Origin: a virus
Lineage: Duplodnaviria; Heunggongvirae; Uroviricota; Caudoviricetes
Strand: one strand, 5' to 3'
Virus record (IMG/VR): IMGVR_UViG_3300042256_000013
Span: 192,001 to 256,000 of that record
DNA length: 64,000 nt
Shown here in pieces: positions 37,411 to 47,463 of this stretch. A model generated the notes under the pieces. That model saw only the letters and a program-made list of their open reading frames with translations. It ran no database searches and was not told the DNA's origin. The translations under genes and the position numbers were made by a program. How positions within the stretch are numbered: the stretch's first letter is position 1; the number at the start of each line of letters is the position of its first letter.

Positions 37411-40400
37411 ATGGCGAACGAATTTAAATTTCAAGCTTCTAAAGTAGCTGAAGCAGTGAATCAAAAATTGTTCATTAAAAGATTACCAGAATGGATGCAA
37501 GGTCTAGAACAAATTCAAATGTTCTGCGACGATATTATCCAACAATGGTTTAATCCAGCAGATGAAGAAATCGTAGACGGTTATATCGGTGATCGCGGTA
37601 CACCTGCGGCTGCTGGAAAGATCTTCCTTAATGAATTAGACCTTCAACGTCAAGATTATCAGTTCAGTCCTGCATATGTATCCAGAAATGATGATACGAG
37701 TGTTCGTTCTCTTCAATTTTACCCTGATTTAGTAGGTTATTTGGAGCATTACGGTGCATTAACTGAGAATCAAGCACGTCTCTTAAGTGGGAAGTACTAT
37801 TCGTGGACGCCACCAATTAACCCAAACAAATTACAAAACTTTAGTTCCTATTTGTGGGATACAGAGAACGAATATGGTATTTCTCCAGACTATATCGTGA
37901 TGGAACGTGGTGCTTTAAACGGAAACACATGGTCATTACAGAACTTCTGGTATACTATTGGTCAAACTCTTCCAGATGGTACTATTGTAACTGAACAAAT
38001 GGCACAAGGAACACGTTTTAGTCGTGCTCAAGCTCCAATTATTGAATTTAACAAGAATATTGAACTAATCAACTACGGTACTAAGTATCGTGGTGAAGTT
38101 GATTATCTTTCTGATTCAATTAAGCCTGAAGATATCGTACAAAAGAACGTTAGTAACAACGTTCGTGTTGATGGATATATTCTACAAGCTGGTGATCGTA
38201 TTCTATTCACAAGTATTGGTAATTCTGGTGAAAATAACCGTATCTATAAAGTTTATATTAAACAAATGGCTGATGGTTCACGTGTTTATGGTCTTGTTCT
38301 TGATGAAGATGAAGAAACTATTGAACGCCCAACCGGAGAACCACTTGTAGGTGATGTAATTCTTGTTCGTAGTGGTAATACCTATGGAAATACCGCTGTT
38401 TATTGGAATGGTCGTGAATGGACAGAAGCACAAGCTAAAACGGGTACTAATGTATTCCCAATATTCCAATTATATGATAAAAATGGCATCAAACTGGATA
38501 ATAGTACTGTTTATCCTAATAGTACCTTTGCTGGTTCAAACTTATTCGGCCTAAAAATCAATTACAACTATGGAATGGATAAGATTTATCAAAAACATGT
38601 TGAATTGAGTGACTATAACTACTATATTTTTGAGAATTTCCTACAAACTATCCGTTATACATATTCAAAAGCTGGTGCATTAACAGAAATCCCTGGATTA
38701 TACTTCTATAATGTTATTTCTGTAGATTCAAATGGTGAAACTGTTCAAAACCTACATTCAGATTGGGTTCGTAGTACTGAAGAATCAAAACAAACTGTTC
38801 GTCAGGTTCCTGAAGTAACTAAATCATCAATGTATCGTGTTTTTAACACTGTTACAGAAATGACTTTGTTCAAAAATCCAGTAGAAAATATGTACGCATA
38901 TGTTATTGAGAATGATAATACCTATAAGTACTTTAAACCAGACAATAGTACGTTTATGAAATGGAATTTCATTACTGATGTTGCTATTCAATCTGATATG
39001 TACAAAACTACATATGAACTTGCTCAAAAAATTGATCCTAACAATACCGAAGAAACAATTGAAGTGTTCTTTAATGGTACAAAAACTTTTGATTATACAA
39101 CTAAGCTAACGTCAACTGGTTTAATTGACAGTATAGTCTTTAACAGTACTACAACTATTGTTGAAGATAGTATTATTGAAATTGTAACTTATAGTCCAAC
39201 TAAAGTTCCTGATTTAGAACTAGGTTCATATCAGATACCAATTAACTTACAGAATAATCCATACAATGATTTTGTTGATTATATTCATCAAGGTGAATAC
39301 ACTCCACATTTCTTAGATATTATTGGTAAAAATATCACAACTGGATCTGTAAATGACTTAAACAACTATGAAATTCGTTTAGAAGCTGGTCTGGTAGACA
39401 ACTCTGTTGGTACTAAAATTATTCAAAACGAAACATCTCTACTACCGTTGATGCTTCATAGTGCAAATGAAAACTTGGACTTGTTCAGTGCTATTATTTT
39501 CACTCAGTACGAATATTTCCGTTTCAAAAATAAATTTAACACTCAGATGATGAAGATGTATACAAATGATCCTGCTTCATTTATGTCTGAGAGTGCTTCT
39601 AACATTGTGGATATGATCTTCTCTGCTATAAACGTAGGTAAAGATAATTCATTTCCATTCTCGTTAGATAATGTAGGTTCTAATACTACAACTAATAAAA
39701 CATTTATACCACCTACTCCACAATTTTTGGGTATCCTTAAAGCGTATACACCAGAAAAAGCTACATACGTACACGTAGGTAGTTCAATTGGTTGCTATAA
39801 TATTGACCATATGGGTGTAATTAGCAAAGCGTACCGAGTAATTAACGGTGTAGATTTAATGGATGATGTTATATATGAATTAGAGAATCGTATTTTCTCA
39901 AGCATTGATAATACATTTAAGGCTATTGATTTCGTTCCAGCAATGGATTCTGAATTCTTGAAACCAACACCTTACTTTGAAAACACTGCATATAGTTCAG
40001 ATGAATATAATTCTCTTGAACTTCGCGGTTATGTGAACTTCATTGCAACTCAAGGTATTGATAACAGTACTCATAGCTATGACCAATCTAACTGGATGAC
40101 TTGGAACTACACCGGAACAACTTATGTTGTTGCCGGGCAACCAACTGACATTCCAGCACGTGGATCATGGAGAGCAATATATACTGACATGTTCGGAACA
40201 TATCGTCCAGCAACCCATCCGTGGGAAATGTTCGGATTTGCACAACGTCCAGACTGGTTTAACCAAGAATACGAACCAACTAAAGTTCGTTTAGGTACTT
40301 CAAGTTCAGAATATGTATATGTATATACCGCATACGTTACTGATGAACAAGGTGATTTAGTTCCAAGTGGACTATGGGATACAACTTCTGGTCAAGGTGA

Positions 40401-43400
40401 TGCAAGTACTGGTACAATCCTTCATGGTAAACGTGCTGGACAGTATAACCAATACAAACGCTTTGGTACACAACCATTTGAATTAGTTAGTACTGGCACA
40501 TTTGCAACTGATGGTGAAGAAATTTTTGAACTTAATCTAATTTCACCTGATGTTTTAGGTCTTGTTAGTGGTTCTCTATCACACATCAGCGAACCTTGGG
40601 CTTATGGTGATATGGGTGAGATGGAATTCACTTATATGAATACCGTAATGTATGCATACGATAAAGTCATGGCACTCCTACGTGCTAAGCCTGGCCAGTT
40701 TGCTAATTACTTCTATGATACAAAGGGAAGTACTGTTCAACAAATTACAAGTGATGGTTATCAATTCTTGTACGGTGATACTAATAAACGTTTGAACTTT
40801 AATTCCAGTACTGTTGTGCATGGAGAAAATAATCAACGTATTCTTGGTTATCAAACTTGGGTAAGTGATTATTTGACTTACCAAAATAAAAATATAACTA
40901 CTAACTATGGTGATGTTCTTCGTTCTTCATATATAAATGTTGGACATAGAATTGGTGGATATACTAAACAAGATCAACTAACATTTAGTTCTGATTCATT
41001 TGGTTTAGTATCTCAAGAAAACCAACACATCGGATTAGTAAAAAGTTCTGCATTCCGTGATGAAGCATTAAGTGCTGTTAAAATTCAATGGACAGGTTCT
41101 GGTTATTCAATTAGTGGTTATGACCTTGTAGGTGCTAAATTAAATTATAAACTACCAAATAAAACTGGTCGTCGTGTATCAGTTACCGTTGGTAAACGTT
41201 CTGTTGTTCATTATAACGAATATCTTGAACAATATGGTTCATATGAATATGGAACCTTACTTAAAACTTTCCAAGAAGTTTATACCTTCTTGTGTGGTTA
41301 TGGTGAATATCTTGAAGATAGAGGATGGATTTTTGAAGATGTTGATGCTGATGGTGTCACTCAAGATTGGTCTGTAATCGGTAAAGATTTTATTTCATGG
41401 AGTGCAACTGCCCCAGCAGTTGGTGAATTTATTTCCGTATCACCAAGTACTAAAAATGCTAAATTCGGTACTGCATTTGGTTCAGTTCAATCAGTAACAC
41501 AATTTAATGGTGGAGTATGGTCATTACTTGATGATGAAAATAGTGGTATTCGTCCATTCGAAATTGATACATCACGTATCGGTAATGTTTTCAGTGTTCG
41601 AATTGAAGATGATATTGATAAGCGTATGGCATTAATTCGTGTTAGTGTTGTTTCATATGAACATGCAGTAATTTTCGATGATAAAACTATTTTTGGTAAC
41701 AACATTTATATGCCTAAGTATGGTGTAATCCATGAAATGCTTAAAATGTATGGTTACATCACTGGTTCATGGAATGGTCGTTTAGAAGCTCCTGGATTCA
41801 TAATCCTCGAAGCTGGAACAATGCCTGATTTTGAAAAATTAGTTGATGATTTCAGAAGTTATTACGATACAGATCACCCTGTAGACAATGTTACACTACG
41901 TAATCTTGCTCGTCACTTGATTGGTTTCCAAACTCGTGATTATATTTCTCAAATGATTACAAGTGATACTTCACAAATTGATTTCTATAAAGGATTCATT
42001 CGTGATAAAGGTACTAATCAAGTATTTGAACGTGTACTTCGTGTATCTAAGTCATACAACACTGATAATTATAAAGCATTGCAAGAATGGGCATTTAAAA
42101 TTGGTGAATATGGTAACATTTATGGTAAAAAACATCTTCAGTTCCAACTAATAAACAATGAATTTGCACAAGAGCCTCAAATGTTTACATTTGATTCTGA
42201 TGTAAGTACTGATAGTACTGAAAATAATATTGTATATTATGGAACACAAGGTGAAGATTCTCGTTGGATCACTCGTCCAAATGGATCATTCTCATTCCCT
42301 GTACGTACAGGAAGAAGTGAACGTATTCATTTGCCAGACATTGGACCAGTAACTCTTGATGAAGTATCTTATAGTACTCGTGATTTTACTACTGCATATG
42401 CAGATCGTCTATCCTTTATTTCCAACACTGATAAAACACCTACTTCGGTATGGGTATTCCGTGATATGGATAATAATTGGAACATTTATGAGTTAGAAAA
42501 TACTGGAATCACTCTTTCTTCTATCACACCAATTGGTGAAGATAGTTATACCGGAAATCATTGTACTTTACAATTAAGTGCAGCACATGGTATGGAAGAT
42601 GGAGACTATTTCTTCTTCGTAGATGAATCTGAATATATGCCTGATTTGCTAAAAGCTGAAACTCAGTACTTTACAACTGGTTCAGACCCAACAAGTTTTG
42701 TAATACCATTAGATGTAACAAATACTATCAACTTCTCTGATAATAATCCAGTACTATACCGTTATATTAATCGTTTTAGTACGGCTGCTGATAAAACAGC
42801 ATATATTACTAAGAAATATTCATATGAAGCACCTGAAAGTACTTTATTTGTTCGTCCAACAACATACAATGATGAAACTAACGTAACTGAATTGTACATG
42901 AACGTATATGACCCAATCAATGGTGTTATTCCAGGTAGTATCATGACAGACATTACTTATGTAAGTCCAGTAGATCCTGCTAAGTATAACAGTGAAGATG
43001 AAACAATACAAGCATGGGGTTCAGAAAAAGTTGGTCTAGTGTGGTGGAACACAACTAATGCATTCTTCATGGACTATACCCGTCCAATTTATGCTGCTGA
43101 TGGTACAGTAGATGAAGAAGCAACTAATAGCTATAAACGTTACAATTGGGGTAAACTATTACCTAATTCTGAAATTAATGTTTTAGAATGGGTTTCTTCA
43201 CCATATCCTCCGTATGAATGGGATAAGTATTGTGAACGTCAAGCTAAGTTGAATAAAGATAATACATCTTGGATTCCAAGTGGTGAAGCTATCGATGATT
43301 TCTTCTCAGTATTCCAAGAATATGATGAAAGTACTAATGCATATAAGACTGTTTACTATTTTTGGGTTAAAAACGCAATCTACGTTCCTAAAGTTAAGAA

Positions 43401-46400
43401 TCGTAACAAGCCATGTAATGAATTGTCTCGTACTATTCAAGACCCATCGCAGCTAAATGCTCCTTGGTTCTCACCAATTAGTCAAAATTCATTCATCATT
43501 AGTGGTCTTCAACAAGAAATTACTGATGATAAGAGCATTCTAAGTATTACATATCAAAATGATGCTACTGAAGTTATTAAACATGAGCAGTATCAATTAT
43601 GTAAAGAAGGAATGGATTATAACTTCAATCCTGTTATTTGGAATTCAATGTGGAATTCTTTGATTTCTCAAGAAACTTTACCTAACGGTACAGTACTTGA
43701 ATTGAATTATCCAACTAATGATACTGGTATTTTACCAGGGGAAACATGGTTCGAAGATGTAATTGAAGCTCGTAGAACATTCGTTGATTCAGCGAATGCA
43801 ATTTACAAAACAATTAACGTAACAACTGATGCTGTAACAATGGCTGATGTGTTTAACGTAAAAACTGTAGAAGATAATCCAAATCTTATCAGTTTTAAAG
43901 TACTAAACTATAATAACGAACTTGTAATTAATCCTACAACGGATGCATTCGTTGAGAATGATGCAGTACTTGTAAGTTCAAATGGTACTCTACCAGAGCC
44001 ATTGAATTCAACAACAGTGTACTTCGTCCACTTCGATGAAAATAATTATATTCGTTTAATGAACTCACCAAGTACTGGTGGAACTGCTGTATATATTACA
44101 TTAGAAAATCGTGGTGAAGGTCAACATAAGATGATTAAACAATCAGATTATATTGAATCACTTGGAACATCACTTGATATGACTCAATACTGGACACTAG
44201 CTGACTGGTATGACATTGGATATAATGAAAATACTACATACACTGATGAAACAAGCATTGATGTAGCTAATACCAAAAATTATCAAGAAGGTGACGTTAT
44301 TCGTATTATCGATGCAGATGGTGTTTGGACATTATATGTTAAAACATTATCAAGACAAGTTGTTATTTGGCAAGCTATCGCACGTCAAAACAGTACAGTA
44401 GCATTGAATAATCAGTTATACAACAACTACGAAAAATATAATTCAGATGGTTCATTGACTAATGTTGAGATTAACGTTCGTAAGGCATTAGCTTTACTCA
44501 AAAATTCTTTCAACACTACTCAAAGTCGTTTAGTATTTGACATGGTTAAGTACGTTCATACTGAACAAACTGTAGTATCATGGGTATTCAAAACATCTTA
44601 TATCTATATTGTTGGTTTAGAGCAATCTTTACAACAAAATAGCAGTACTGATAATTTGATTAATCAAATCGTTGAATATTTTGAAGAAGTTAAACCATAC
44701 AGAACTAAAATTCGTTCTCAGATTGAACAGAAAACCTCTAATACCGACCAAATGACAGGTATCAGTAATGATTTAGATCCTAACGGATATGTCTTTGTAA
44801 ACGGAGCTTGGGTTAAAACTCAACCTGATATTTGGGATTATGAGTATGCTCAATTTAATACAACAACTGGAAAATGGGAAATTGTAGGTTCACTACCAAG
44901 TAATTTCACACCACCGAATCGTCGATTCCAAGAATCGTATGAATTGATGGTTTATGATAATTTCCAATGTACACCAGATGATGATTTAGATGATGCACTT
45001 ACTTTAGAAGCAATTAATAATTCTTACATGAGTAATTCAAATGATATTCTAACTTCAGGCAATCATTATAAACTTCAACGTTATTCATTTACATATCCTG
45101 TAATTGACAACGCAGCAATTGATAATAATGTATTATCTGGAATTAGTGCGATTTATCCTGATATGAATCTTGATTTACCACTTGAAGATGCTATTAAAGC
45201 TAAACTTGTTGAATATAAAGATGATGTACAATTATCTGAACAATTCGATAATGATCTTCAACGTGTATATGAATCTGTAATTGGTTCTGAACCTACTGTT
45301 ACAACAGCAACACAATATGGTCAATATAATACATTAGCTAACCGTCGCAGATTGTATACACAACTAAGTGATAGTACTATTTCTCAAGAAATGAACTGTC
45401 CATTTAAAGGACGTGTATTATCTGACAACTTGAACACTCGTTTACCATTTGGTTACTCCGGTTCTAATGGTGAAACTTATGGATATGCTCTATATAGTCG
45501 TGAACTATATGAGAAATTTGTATCTCTTGTTCAAGAAGCTAACCCAACATTCACTGATGATGAAATCAATAATTACCTCGTGTATGAATATGGTTTATAT
45601 CCTTGGAAATATGACATGGGAAGTACTGATGCTAATACTGGTGAATTGAATGGTAAAAACTATCTTGATACATTATATGTTCTAACAGCAATGTTGAACA
45701 CATATAATCCAGATGCAGTTGATACATTCGAAATTGCTCGTCAAATTTTGGCAAGACCAACGATTGACATGTACTGTATGGTTATGATTCCACGTAAACT
45801 TGCTTTTGTTAAGAATGTTAATACTGATGAATTCTTATCCGTTCCGATGGATATAAGTTTAGATGAATTTATGCAAACTGCATTGATCGTGAATAATGAT
45901 GTAATTGCACTTACTGATATAAATCTAAATGATTTAGAACTTGATATTAATAATCCGTTGTATGATGAAATTCAAGATGTATTAACTGGTTTTAATGGAT
46001 CACAATTCCTTAATGATGCTAATGCATTTGATAGCTTCGGTTTAGATTCTCAAACTAAAAATATTACATATTATGCGTCTGGAACAGTTAACACTACTCA
46101 AGACCCAACATTTGTTGATATTACTGAAATCAATCCTCTTGGCCTTGATTCAGCACAATTGAGATTCACGGTTAATGGATATGGGTACGATACTTCTGGT
46201 AACTTACAACTTAAATCATTTGGTAACTTCCAAATTGAAGGACATGTTCTATTGAACCCTTACAATACTAAGGAAGCTATAGTGAGTATTCCTCGCTATA
46301 ATCAAGCAATTGAATATATGCAAAGAAATTTGATTTCTAGAAATGAAATTCGTTATTCTTATAAAGTACAAGATATTATCAATACTACTGGTACTGTTCG

Positions 46401-47430
46401 TCTTGTTCAGGATAATGACTTCGTTGTTGGTGAGAAAGTGATGGTGTTTACGCCTGAAGCTTTAGATTATGATGTTAATATGGCTGATGGAACTTGGCAA
46501 ACAATTCTACCAGTTGCTAATATCAAAACTGGTACTAGACCGAAGATTTATACTATCAGTTCTGTAAGTAATGATACAATTCGCTTAGGTGGATTTACCA
46601 CTTCCAGCACGTATGATAGTGAATCTGATGCTCTAATGAATCCAGGAAAACCAACAGCAATTACTATTGTTCGTATCACCTCTTTCAACGATGCGTCGTT
46701 TGTTAGTGGTAGTATTGCAAAATACAGTACTGACCGTTCATATCGAATTGATATTCTTGATTATGACTTGTTCTATGATAGAATGCTTAAGAGTGAAACG
46801 TATACTGATAATTACAGTACTGATGATTACGATGATTGGTACGTTTCTAATGAAATAGTTGATGTTAATGGTGTTGAAGTTGACCACGGATATTATCTAC
46901 CAATTTATGGTAAAGGTGTACTAAGTGAACTTGTTCGTACTAAAATGGATGACAGTCTACAAATATTCGTTTACGAATATTCAGATATTAATCCTATTAA
47001 AAGTGGTAACACTTGGACTTACAGTGGAACTTTAGTTGATAATGTTTATATAAGTGATAAAGACTCATCATTAGTTGTTGCAATTTCGGATTCATTACAA
47101 CATCTGGAATATGTATCAGTACCAACACATGTTGAAAGTACTTCTATCACCGATGGTATTTTGACAAGCACAAACTCTGTTCAAGCAGATTTGATCGCAG
47201 TTAATAATGAAGTTGTATTACTACGCAATAACAATAACATGTTAAGATCTATGTATAATACAGTTGAAAACAATTATGAAGCAGGAACAACATATACTAA
47301 ATTAGGTGTTATTCTTGGTAAAGAGGAAAATATGGATGTGTATGCAAACAATTACCCTCAAATACCATTGAGTACATTTAGTAATGGTTATGTAGTGAAT
47401 GGGGCAGTAATTGGACAATTACTACAATAA
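37411..47430 (+). CDS. giant baseplate/virion structural protein (3339 aa, gp7-like position)
   Basis: Uninterrupted ORF after gp6, with a late promoter at 37367 and a GGAG RBS. Confidence 0.65.
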   Translation: MANEFKFQASKVAEAVNQKLFIKRLPEWMQGLEQIQMFCDDIIQQWFNPADEEIVDGYIGDRGTPAAAGKIFLNELDLQRQDYQFSPAYVSRNDDTSVRSLQFYPDLVGYLEHYGALTENQARLLSGKYYSWTPPINPNKLQNFSSYLWDTENEYGISPDYIVMERGALNGNTWSLQNFWYTIGQTLPDGTIVTEQMAQGTRFSRAQAPIIEFNKNIELINYGTKYRGEVDYLSDSIKPEDIVQKNVSNNVRVDGYILQAGDRILFTSIGNSGENNRIYKVYIKQMADGSRVYGLVLDEDEETIERPTGEPLVGDVILVRSGNTYGNTAVYWNGREWTEAQAKTGTNVFPIFQLYDKNGIKLDNSTVYPNSTFAGSNLFGLKINYNYGMDKIYQKHVELSDYNYYIFENFLQTIRYTYSKAGALTEIPGLYFYNVISVDSNGETVQNLHSDWVRSTEESKQTVRQVPEVTKSSMYRVFNTVTEMTLFKNPVENMYAYVIENDNTYKYFKPDNSTFMKWNFITDVAIQSDMYKTTYELAQKIDPNNTEETIEVFFNGTKTFDYTTKLTSTGLIDSIVFNSTTTIVEDSIIEIVTYSPTKVPDLELGSYQIPINLQNNPYNDFVDYIHQGEYTPHFLDIIGKNITTGSVNDLNNYEIRLEAGLVDNSVGTKIIQNETSLLPLMLHSANENLDLFSAIIFTQYEYFRFKNKFNTQMMKMYTNDPASFMSESASNIVDMIFSAINVGKDNSFPFSLDNVGSNTTTNKTFIPPTPQFLGILKAYTPEKATYVHVGSSIGCYNIDHMGVISKAYRVINGVDLMDDVIYELENRIFSSIDNTFKAIDFVPAMDSEFLKPTPYFENTAYSSDEYNSLELRGYVNFIATQGIDNSTHSYDQSNWMTWNYTGTTYVVAGQPTDIPARGSWRAIYTDMFGTYRPATHPWEMFGFAQRPDWFNQEYEPTKVRLGTSSSEYVYVYTAYVTDEQGDLVPSGLWDTTSGQGDASTGTILHGKRAGQYNQYKRFGTQPFELVSTGTFATDGEEIFELNLISPDVLGLVSGSLSHISEPWAYGDMGEMEFTYMNTVMYAYDKVMALLRAKPGQFANYFYDTKGSTVQQITSDGYQFLYGDTNKRLNFNSSTVVHGENNQRILGYQTWVSDYLTYQNKNITTNYGDVLRSSYINVGHRIGGYTKQDQLTFSSDSFGLVSQENQHIGLVKSSAFRDEALSAVKIQWTGSGYSISGYDLVGAKLNYKLPNKTGRRVSVTVGKRSVVHYNEYLEQYGSYEYGTLLKTFQEVYTFLCGYGEYLEDRGWIFEDVDADGVTQDWSVIGKDFISWSATAPAVGEFISVSPSTKNAKFGTAFGSVQSVTQFNGGVWSLLDDENSGIRPFEIDTSRIGNVFSVRIEDDIDKRMALIRVSVVSYEHAVIFDDKTIFGNNIYMPKYGVIHEMLKMYGYITGSWNGRLEAPGFIILEAGTMPDFEKLVDDFRSYYDTDHPVDNVTLRNLARHLIGFQTRDYISQMITSDTSQIDFYKGFIRDKGTNQVFERVLRVSKSYNTDNYKALQEWAFKIGEYGNIYGKKHLQFQLINNEFAQEPQMFTFDSDVSTDSTENNIVYYGTQGEDSRWITRPNGSFSFPVRTGRSERIHLPDIGPVTLDEVSYSTRDFTTAYADRLSFISNTDKTPTSVWVFRDMDNNWNIYELENTGITLSSITPIGEDSYTGNHCTLQLSAAHGMEDGDYFFFVDESEYMPDLLKAETQYFTTGSDPTSFVIPLDVTNTINFSDNNPVLYRYINRFSTAADKTAYITKKYSYEAPESTLFVRPTTYNDETNVTELYMNVYDPINGVIPGSIMTDITYVSPVDPAKYNSEDETIQAWGSEKVGLVWWNTTNAFFMDYTRPIYAADGTVDEEATNSYKRYNWGKLLPNSEINVLEWVSSPYPPYEWDKYCERQAKLNKDNTSWIPSGEAIDDFFSVFQEYDESTNAYKTVYYFWVKNAIYVPKVKNRNKPCNELSRTIQDPSQLNAPWFSPISQNSFIISGLQQEITDDKSILSITYQNDATEVIKHEQYQLCKEGMDYNFNPVIWNSMWNSLISQETLPNGTVLELNYPTNDTGILPGETWFEDVIEARRTFVDSANAIYKTINVTTDAVTMADVFNVKTVEDNPNLISFKVLNYNNELVINPTTDAFVENDAVLVSSNGTLPEPLNSTTVYFVHFDENNYIRLMNSPSTGGTAVYITLENRGEGQHKMIKQSDYIESLGTSLDMTQYWTLADWYDIGYNENTTYTDETSIDVANTKNYQEGDVIRIIDADGVWTLYVKTLSRQVVIWQAIARQNSTVALNNQLYNNYEKYNSDGSLTNVEINVRKALALLKNSFNTTQSRLVFDMVKYVHTEQTVVSWVFKTSYIYIVGLEQSLQQNSSTDNLINQIVEYFEEVKPYRTKIRSQIEQKTSNTDQMTGISNDLDPNGYVFVNGAWVKTQPDIWDYEYAQFNTTTGKWEIVGSLPSNFTPPNRRFQESYELMVYDNFQCTPDDDLDDALTLEAINNSYMSNSNDILTSGNHYKLQRYSFTYPVIDNAAIDNNVLSGISAIYPDMNLDLPLEDAIKAKLVEYKDDVQLSEQFDNDLQRVYESVIGSEPTVTTATQYGQYNTLANRRRLYTQLSDSTISQEMNCPFKGRVLSDNLNTRLPFGYSGSNGETYGYALYSRELYEKFVSLVQEANPTFTDDEINNYLVYEYGLYPWKYDMGSTDANTGELNGKNYLDTLYVLTAMLNTYNPDAVDTFEIARQILARPTIDMYCMVMIPRKLAFVKNVNTDEFLSVPMDISLDEFMQTALIVNNDVIALTDINLNDLELDINNPLYDEIQDVLTGFNGSQFLNDANAFDSFGLDSQTKNITYYASGTVNTTQDPTFVDITEINPLGLDSAQLRFTVNGYGYDTSGNLQLKSFGNFQIEGHVLLNPYNTKEAIVSIPRYNQAIEYMQRNLISRNEIRYSYKVQDIINTTGTVRLVQDNDFVVGEKVMVFTPEALDYDVNMADGTWQTILPVANIKTGTRPKIYTISSVSNDTIRLGGFTTSSTYDSESDALMNPGKPTAITIVRITSFNDASFVSGSIAKYSTDRSYRIDILDYDLFYDRMLKSETYTDNYSTDDYDDWYVSNEIVDVNGVEVDHGYYLPIYGKGVLSELVRTKMDDSLQIFVYEYSDINPIKSGNTWTYSGTLVDNVYISDKDSSLVVAISDSLQHLEYVSVPTHVESTSITDGILTSTNSVQADLIAVNNEVVLLRNNNNMLRSMYNTVENNYEAGTTYTKLGVILGKEENMDVYANNYPQIPLSTFSNGYVVNGAVIGQLLQ

Positions 47431-47431
47431 T

Positions 47432-47459
47432 AAAAAAGGGAGCCAATGGCTCCCTTTTT
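47432..47459. terminator. bidirectional intrinsic terminator
   Basis: A6-gggagcc-aat-ggctccc-T5. Confidence 0.85.
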
Positions 47460-47463
47460 GTTT

